Of a stretch of DNA of 64,000 nt, positions 58,896 to 64,000 are shown piece after piece. Every line of letters begins with the position of its first letter. Within the stretch, counting starts at the first letter, position 1. The translations under genes and the position numbers were made by a program. Under the pieces are notes generated by a model that made no database searches, was not told where the DNA came from, and saw only the letters and a program-made list of their open reading frames with translations. The DNA is from an uncultured Pelagibacteraceae bacterium (GTDB taxonomy: Bacteria > Pseudomonadota > Alphaproteobacteria > Pelagibacterales > Pelagibacteraceae), in contig CACMRC010000003.1 of the NCBI GenBank assembly GCA_902615975.1, positions 57,833 through 121,832 of the forward strand, in the 5' to 3' direction.

Positions 58896-59561
58896 ATGAA
58901 ACAAAAATTTACAATTTTATTTGATTTAGATGGTACATTAGTAGATACAGCTCCAGATTTAATACGAGCACATAACCATGTAATGAAAAAATTTGGTTAT
59001 CCTACAAAAACTTTAGGAGAATTAAAAAATGCTGTTGGAAAAGGAGCAAAAGCTATGATGGCAAAAGCTAACGGTCAATGGAAGTGGTTTGATGAAAAAA
59101 TTCAAAACGAAATGACTGATGAATTTTTATCTTATTATGGGAAAAATATTTTACATGAAAGTAAATTAATTAATGGTGTTAAGGAATTTTTAAATTGGTG
59201 TAAAAATGAAAATATTTCTATGGCAGTATGCACTAATAAAACTGAACACTTAGCAGTTGATCTTTTAAAAAAAATTGGGATTTATGATTATTTCGAATAT
59301 GTTGCAGGTTATAATACTTTTGAATATTGCAAACCAGACCCTCGACATTTAACAACTACAATTGAAATATTAGATGGTGATAAAAATAAATCAATTATGA
59401 TCGGTGACAGCGAGACAGATGCTAATGCTGCAAAGGCTGCTGAAATTCCAATAATATTACTAAAATATGGATATACAGAAAAAAGATCTGAGGAAATTTA
59501 TCATAATCACATTATAAAAGACTTTGTAGGCATTGAGAAAATAGTATCGGAATATCTTTAA
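58896..59561 (+). CDS. gph: HAD-IA hydrolase, phosphoglycolate phosphatase-like
   Basis: 'ILFDLDGTLVDTAPDL' (DxDGT), 'VCTNK' and 'MIGDSETDANAAKAA'. Confidence 0.8.
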   Translation: MKQKFTILFDLDGTLVDTAPDLIRAHNHVMKKFGYPTKTLGELKNAVGKGAKAMMAKANGQWKWFDEKIQNEMTDEFLSYYGKNILHESKLINGVKEFLNWCKNENISMAVCTNKTEHLAVDLLKKIGIYDYFEYVAGYNTFEYCKPDPRHLTTTIEILDGDKNKSIMIGDSETDANAAKAAEIPIILLKYGYTEKRSEEIYHNHIIKDFVGIEKIVSEYL

Positions 59562-59614
59562 TATTGATTAATTTATTTTAACTATTAAAACAAAATCACA
59601 AATAAGGAGTAATT

Positions 59615-61117
59615 TTGTTATTACACACAGTTAAAGTATATCCATCAAAAATTAATCTTCCAAAGAAGAAACAGCTTGCATGGAAAATTGCAGAGATAGC
59701 AAGCGATAATGCTAAGTTAAATAAAGATGCTATTGAAATGGTTATAAATAGAATTATTGATAATGCTTCTGTTGCAATTGCTTCATTAAATAGAAAGCCA
59801 GTAATCTCATCTAGAGAAATGGCTTTAAGACACCCTAGAAAAAATGGTGCAAATTTATTTGGTGTAAACTCAAAATTAAAATTTGATTGTGAATGGGCAG
59901 CATGGTCAAATGGTACAGCTGTTAGAGAATTAGATTTTCATGATACTTTCTTAGCTGCAGATTATAGTCATCCAGGTGACAACATTCCTCCTCTTATAAG
60001 TGTAGCACAACAAAACAAAAAAAGCGGATTGGATTTATTAAGAGGAATAATTACTGCATATGAAGTTCAGGTAAATTTAGTCAAAGGTATTTGTTTACAT
60101 AAGCATAAGGTGGACCACATTGCTCATTTAGGCCCTAGTGTTGCTGCTGGATTAGGAACAATGCTGAAATTAAATACTGAAACTATATATCAAGCTGTTC
60201 AACAGGCATTACATACATCAATATCTACAAGACAATCTAGAAAAGGAGAAATTTCAAGTTGGAAAGCTTATGCTCCTGCTCATGCTGGTAAGCTTGCTAT
60301 CGAAGCTGTAGATAGAACTATGAGAGGTGAAGGTGCTCCAAGTCCAATATATGAGGGTGAAGATAGTGTAATAGCAAGAATATTGGATGGAAAAAAAGCA
60401 AACTACAAAGTCCCTTTACCAAAAAAAGGTGAGAGTAAAAAATCTATCTTAGAGACATATACAAAAGAATATTCTGCAGAATATCAATCGCAAGCATTAA
60501 TAGATCTAGCTAAAAAGCTAAAAACAAAAATTAATAATTTAAATTATATTAAAAAAATTGATATTTTTACAAGTCATCACACTCATTATGTGATTGGAAC
60601 AGGTGCTAATGATCCACAAAAAATGGATCCCAAGGCTAGTAGAGAAACGTTAGATCATTCTATAATGTATATATTTGCTGTAGCTTTAGAAGACGGAGAT
60701 TGGCATCATGTTAAATCTTATACTAAAGCAAGAGCAAATAGAAAAAGTACAATTAAAATTTGGAGATCAATTAAAACATATGAAGATAAAAAATGGACAA
60801 AGAAATATCATGATCCAAATCCAAAAAATAAAGCTTTTGGAGCTAAAGTAGTTGTAACACTTAACAATGGGAAAAAAATAACAGAGGAACTTGATAGAGC
60901 AGACGCACATCCATTTGGAGCAAGACCGTTTAAGAGAGAAAATTATATAAATAAATTTTTAACTTTAACTGAGGGTATTTTGGATAAAAAAGAAAGCAAT
61001 CGTTTTTTAAAAACAGTACAAAATTTAAGAAATTTAAAAGCAGGTCAACTTCATAAATTGAATATTGAAGTAAGAAGAAATAAATTAAAACAAAATAATA
61101 AAAAAGGAATTTTTTAA
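59615..61117 (+). CDS. prpD: 2-methylcitrate dehydratase (MmgE/PrpD family)
   Basis: 500 aa. '[22 protein letters not shown]' is PrpD-like. TTG start at 59615 is preceded by AAGGAG at 59604-59609, one of the few clear SD sequences here. Followed by prpB and prpC. Confidence 0.85.
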   Translation: MLLHTVKVYPSKINLPKKKQLAWKIAEIASDNAKLNKDAIEMVINRIIDNASVAIASLNRKPVISSREMALRHPRKNGANLFGVNSKLKFDCEWAAWSNGTAVRELDFHDTFLAADYSHPGDNIPPLISVAQQNKKSGLDLLRGIITAYEVQVNLVKGICLHKHKVDHIAHLGPSVAAGLGTMLKLNTETIYQAVQQALHTSISTRQSRKGEISSWKAYAPAHAGKLAIEAVDRTMRGEGAPSPIYEGEDSVIARILDGKKANYKVPLPKKGESKKSILETYTKEYSAEYQSQALIDLAKKLKTKINNLNYIKKIDIFTSHHTHYVIGTGANDPQKMDPKASRETLDHSIMYIFAVALEDGDWHHVKSYTKARANRKSTIKIWRSIKTYEDKKWTKKYHDPNPKNKAFGAKVVVTLNNGKKITEELDRADAHPFGARPFKRENYINKFLTLTEGILDKKESNRFLKTVQNLRNLKAGQLHKLNIEVRRNKLKQNNKKGIF

Positions 61118-62013
61118 TGCACTTTGTAGAAAAAGAACCAAGTCAAAAAAGATTAGATTTTGATCAAAAATTAAAATCAAATAAAATATTAAGAGTTCCA
61201 GGTGCATACAATCCTTTGACAGCAAAGCTTATAGAAGAAATTGGATATGATGCAGTTTATATATCCGGTGGAGTTATGGCTAATGATCTTGGTTTTCCCG
61301 ATATTGGCTTAACAACTCTACAAGATGTTAGCACAAGATCTTATCTAATTTCGAGAGTAACTAATCTTCCAACAATAGTTGATATCGATACAGGATTTAA
61401 ATCTTGTAAAGAAACCATAGAAACATTTGAAGAATTTGGAATAACAGGTGTCCACTTAGAGGATCAGATTGAAAGAAAAAGATGTGGGCATCTTGATAAT
61501 AAAAAACTTATTTCAACTGATGCTATGGTTAAAAAAATTAAAGAATGTGTTGCTACTAAAAAAGACCAAAATTTTAAAATTATTGCACGTTCAGATGCTA
61601 AAAGTGTTGAAGGTTTAGATAAAATGATTGAAAGATGCAAAGCCTACATTGATGCTGGTGCTGAAATTATTTTCCCAGAAGCTCTTGAAGATGAAAAAGA
61701 TTTTGAAAAAGTTCGTAAAGAATTGTCTGGTTACTTGTTAGCTAATATGACTGAATTTGGTAAATCGAAATTGTTTAATTACAAAGAATTAGAAAATTTT
61801 GGGTATAATATAGTTATTTATCCAGTAACCTCACAAAGATTAGCAATGAAAAATGTCGAAGATGGATTAAGAGACATTTATGTAAATGGACATCAAAATA
61901 ATATTATTGATAAGATGCAAACTAGAAAAAGACTTTATGAATTAGTTGATTATGAAAAATATAATTCATTAGATGAAAAAATTTATAATTTTAGTACGGA
62001 AGGACATGAATAA
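61117..62013 (+). CDS. prpB: methylisocitrate lyase
   Basis: 'DIDTGF', 'GVHLEDQIERKRCGHLDNK' (KRCGH active-site loop) and 'IFPEAL'. Confidence 0.92.
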   Translation: MHFVEKEPSQKRLDFDQKLKSNKILRVPGAYNPLTAKLIEEIGYDAVYISGGVMANDLGFPDIGLTTLQDVSTRSYLISRVTNLPTIVDIDTGFKSCKETIETFEEFGITGVHLEDQIERKRCGHLDNKKLISTDAMVKKIKECVATKKDQNFKIIARSDAKSVEGLDKMIERCKAYIDAGAEIIFPEALEDEKDFEKVRKELSGYLLANMTEFGKSKLFNYKELENFGYNIVIYPVTSQRLAMKNVEDGLRDIYVNGHQNNIIDKMQTRKRLYELVDYEKYNSLDEKIYNFSTEGHE

Positions 62014-63137
62014 TGAGTGATGATATTAAAAAAGGCTTACTAGGTATTGTTGTAGATGAAACAGAAGTTTCAAAAGTAATGCCAGAAATAAATTCTCTTA
62101 CTTATAGAGGGTATGCTGCTCAAGATTTATGTGAATATTGTAGATTTGAGGAAGTTGCATATCTTATTCTTAATAAGGATCTCCCGAATACTATCCAACT
62201 TAGACAATTTGAAAAAGAAGAAAGAAACAACAGAGAACTAACAAAAAATTTATATGAAATAATCAAACACATGCCAAAGAAATCTCATCCAATGGATGTT
62301 GCAAGAACCGCTGTTAGCGTGATGGGATTAGAGGATAAAGAAACGACAGATTCTTCTCCTGAAGCAAATATGAGAAAAGCATTAAGAATTTTTGCAAAAA
62401 CGCCGACCGCGTTAGCAGCCTTTTATAGAATCAGAAAAGGAAAAAAAATTATTAAACCTAAGAAAAACTTAACTTTTGCTGAAAATTTCTTCTATATGTG
62501 TTTTGGAAAAGTTCCTCAAAAAGAAATAGTTAAGGCCTTTGATGTTTCTTTAATTTTATACGCTGAACACAGCTTTAACGTATCAACTTTTACAGCTAGA
62601 ACCATTACAAGTAGCTTGTCTGATATACATGGAGCAATAACAGGTGCAATTGCTAGTTTAAAAGGCCCACTTCACGGTGGAGCCAATGAAGAAGTGATGC
62701 ATATGATGAATAAAATTAAAAAACCAGAAAATGCACTAAAATGGATAAATAATGCACTTAAAAATAAGGAAGTGGTTATGGGTTTTGGTCATAGAGTTTA
62801 TAAATCAGGTGATTCCAGAGTTCCAACTATGAGAAAGTACTTTGGTAAAGTTGCTAAACTTAAGAAAGATAAAAAATTTGAAAAAATCTATGACATCGTT
62901 GAAAAAGTGATGATTAAGAAAAAAAATATTCATCCCAACGTAGATTACCCTACAGGACCTACTTATCATTTAATGGGTTTTGAAACTGATTTTTTTACCC
63001 CAATATTTGTAATTTCTAGAATTACAGGTTGGTCAGCTCACATAATGGAACAACATGCTGCTAATAAACTTATTAGACCTTTAGCTAGTTACAAAGGTAG
63101 CAAGCATCGAAAAGTGATGCAGTTAAATCAAAGATAA
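62013..63137 (+). CDS. prpC: 2-methylcitrate synthase (citrate synthase family)
   Basis: 'LYAEHSFNVSTF', 'GPLHGGANE' and 'GFGHRVYKSGDSR'. 374 aa. Confidence 0.9.
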   Translation: MSDDIKKGLLGIVVDETEVSKVMPEINSLTYRGYAAQDLCEYCRFEEVAYLILNKDLPNTIQLRQFEKEERNNRELTKNLYEIIKHMPKKSHPMDVARTAVSVMGLEDKETTDSSPEANMRKALRIFAKTPTALAAFYRIRKGKKIIKPKKNLTFAENFFYMCFGKVPQKEIVKAFDVSLILYAEHSFNVSTFTARTITSSLSDIHGAITGAIASLKGPLHGGANEEVMHMMNKIKKPENALKWINNALKNKEVVMGFGHRVYKSGDSRVPTMRKYFGKVAKLKKDKKFEKIYDIVEKVMIKKKNIHPNVDYPTGPTYHLMGFETDFFTPIFVISRITGWSAHIMEQHAANKLIRPLASYKGSKHRKVMQLNQR

Positions 63138-63145
63138 TTTTAAAA

Positions 63146-64000
63146 TTAACTAAAAGCTTCTGCCCAGGTACCCTGTGTTGATGCTTTAGAATATTCAGTC
63201 GCTCTACCTTCGAAGAAATTCATATGCTCAACTGCGTTAAGCATTGTATCCAACCAAGTTAGTGGATTTTTTTGAACATCATAAATCGGTTCTAATCCTA
63301 ATTGAATAAGTCTTCTATTTGCAATGAACCTAATATAATCTTTTACTTCTTGAGCAGTTAAACCTTCCATGGGACCCATTTCAAAAGCTAAATTAATAAA
63401 AGCGTCTTCATGCTCTACGATTATTCTACAAGCTTCATAAAGTTCTTTTTTAAGTTTAGGTGTCCAGATTTCAGGATTTTCTTTTATAAACTCCTTAAAA
63501 ATTCTGATCATAGAATTACAATGAAGCGTTTCATCTCTTACAGACCAAGTAACAATCTGTCCCATTCCTTTCATTTTATTGTGTCTTGGAAAATTCAATA
63601 AAATTGCAAAACTTGCAAACAACTGTAACCCTTCTGTAAATGCACTAAACACTGCAACTGTTTTTGCAATATCCTCTTTAGAATTTACATTGAAACCCTG
63701 CATGTAATCGTACTTGTCTTTCATCTCTTTGTATTTCATGAAAGCTGAATATTCAGATTCAGGCATACCAATCGTATCTAAAAGATGAGAATATGCTGCT
63801 ACATGAACTGTTTCCATTGCAGCAAATGCTGTCATCATCATTAATACTTCAGTTGGTTTAAATACGGTTGTGTAATGTCTTAAATAACAATTATTAACTT
63901 CTACATCTGCTTGAGTAAAAAATCTAAAGATTTGTGTTAATAAATTTTTCTCAGGTTGAGACAAATTTTTTTGCCAATCTCTAACATCATCTCCTAAAGG
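63146..64000 (-). CDS. nrdB: ribonucleoside-diphosphate reductase beta subunit (class I R2), 5' end beyond window
   Basis: 'AFAAMETVHVAAYS', 'FASFAILLNF' and 'VRDETLHC' diiron/tyrosyl-radical motifs. The frame stays open upstream of the ORF-track start (a TTG at 63964) to the window edge. Confidence 0.88.
   Translation of the reverse strand, partial: PLGDDVRDWQKNLSQPEKNLLTQIFRFFTQADVEVNNCYLRHYTTVFKPTEVLMMMTAFAAMETVHVAAYSHLLDTIGMPESEYSAFMKYKEMKDKYDYMQGFNVNSKEDIAKTVAVFSAFTEGLQLFASFAILLNFPRHNKMKGMGQIVTWSVRDETLHCNSMIRIFKEFIKENPEIWTPKLKKELYEACRIIVEHEDAFINLAFEMGPMEGLTAQEVKDYIRFIANRRLIQLGLEPIYDVQKNPLTWLDTMLNAVEHMNFFEGRATEYSKASTQGTWAEAFS

Noticed and set aside
63146-63964. ORF-track start of nrdB at 63964
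   Set aside because: That codon is an internal TTG. The frame stays open to nt 64000 and the R2 N-terminus is missing, so the gene is truncated by the window edge.
1-64000. CRISPR arrays, rRNA genes, IS elements or transposases
   Set aside because: Reading through the non-coding spacers and the ORF translations, I found no regularly spaced 25-40-bp repeats, no rRNA-like segments and no DDE/serine/tyrosine recombinase ORFs.

Overview
Very AT-rich, extremely compact bacterial chromosome segment. Gene content and order are alphaproteobacterial, and the streamlining suggests SAR11/Pelagibacterales; that assignment is inference from composition and synteny, with no search run. Nearly all of it is core housekeeping. 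(1) panC (5' partial), mgtE, lipB and an RluC/D-type pseudouridine synthase lie at 1-3765. (2) A single uninterrupted minus-strand block of 28,626 bp (3776-32401) holds 38 CDS and 3 tRNAs. It fuses tRNA-Tyr/Gly-tuf, tRNA-Trp-secE-nusG, rplKAJL-rpoBC, rpsL-rpsG-fusA and the S10/spc/alpha ribosomal clusters. It has no rpmD and no second tuf. (3) rlmB, tRNA-Thr, a NodU/CmcH carbamoyltransferase, nadK and tRNA-Leu(UAA) follow. (4) The only clearly accessory part is a 2.3-kb islet (36032-38330). It sits between the intact tRNA-Leu and a decayed second copy of the same tRNA plus its upstream flank. The islet carries a tightly coupled four-gene operon of Sec-exported proteins, each with exactly two cysteines, flanked by 32-bp direct repeats with tandem GGTACTGGT boxes. 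No integrase is present. An envelope-glycan-like module follows it (epimerase, polytopic membrane protein, GGCT-like protein, CinA-like protein). (5) The rest is sfsA-map-purBCSQL-bolA-grxD, rpsD, a TrmJ-like methylase, DUF1989, cimA, cysS, nadE, class II DAHP synthase, glmS, a stand-alone GlmU acetyltransferase domain, gph, prpD-prpB-prpC and a partial nrdB. No CRISPR array, rRNA, transposase, integrase or phage structural gene was seen. The best candidate for something undescribed is the tRNA-Leu islet and its exported two-cysteine protein family, possibly an orphan periplasmic immunity cassette. That functional reading is a hypothesis and needs profile searches and structure prediction.
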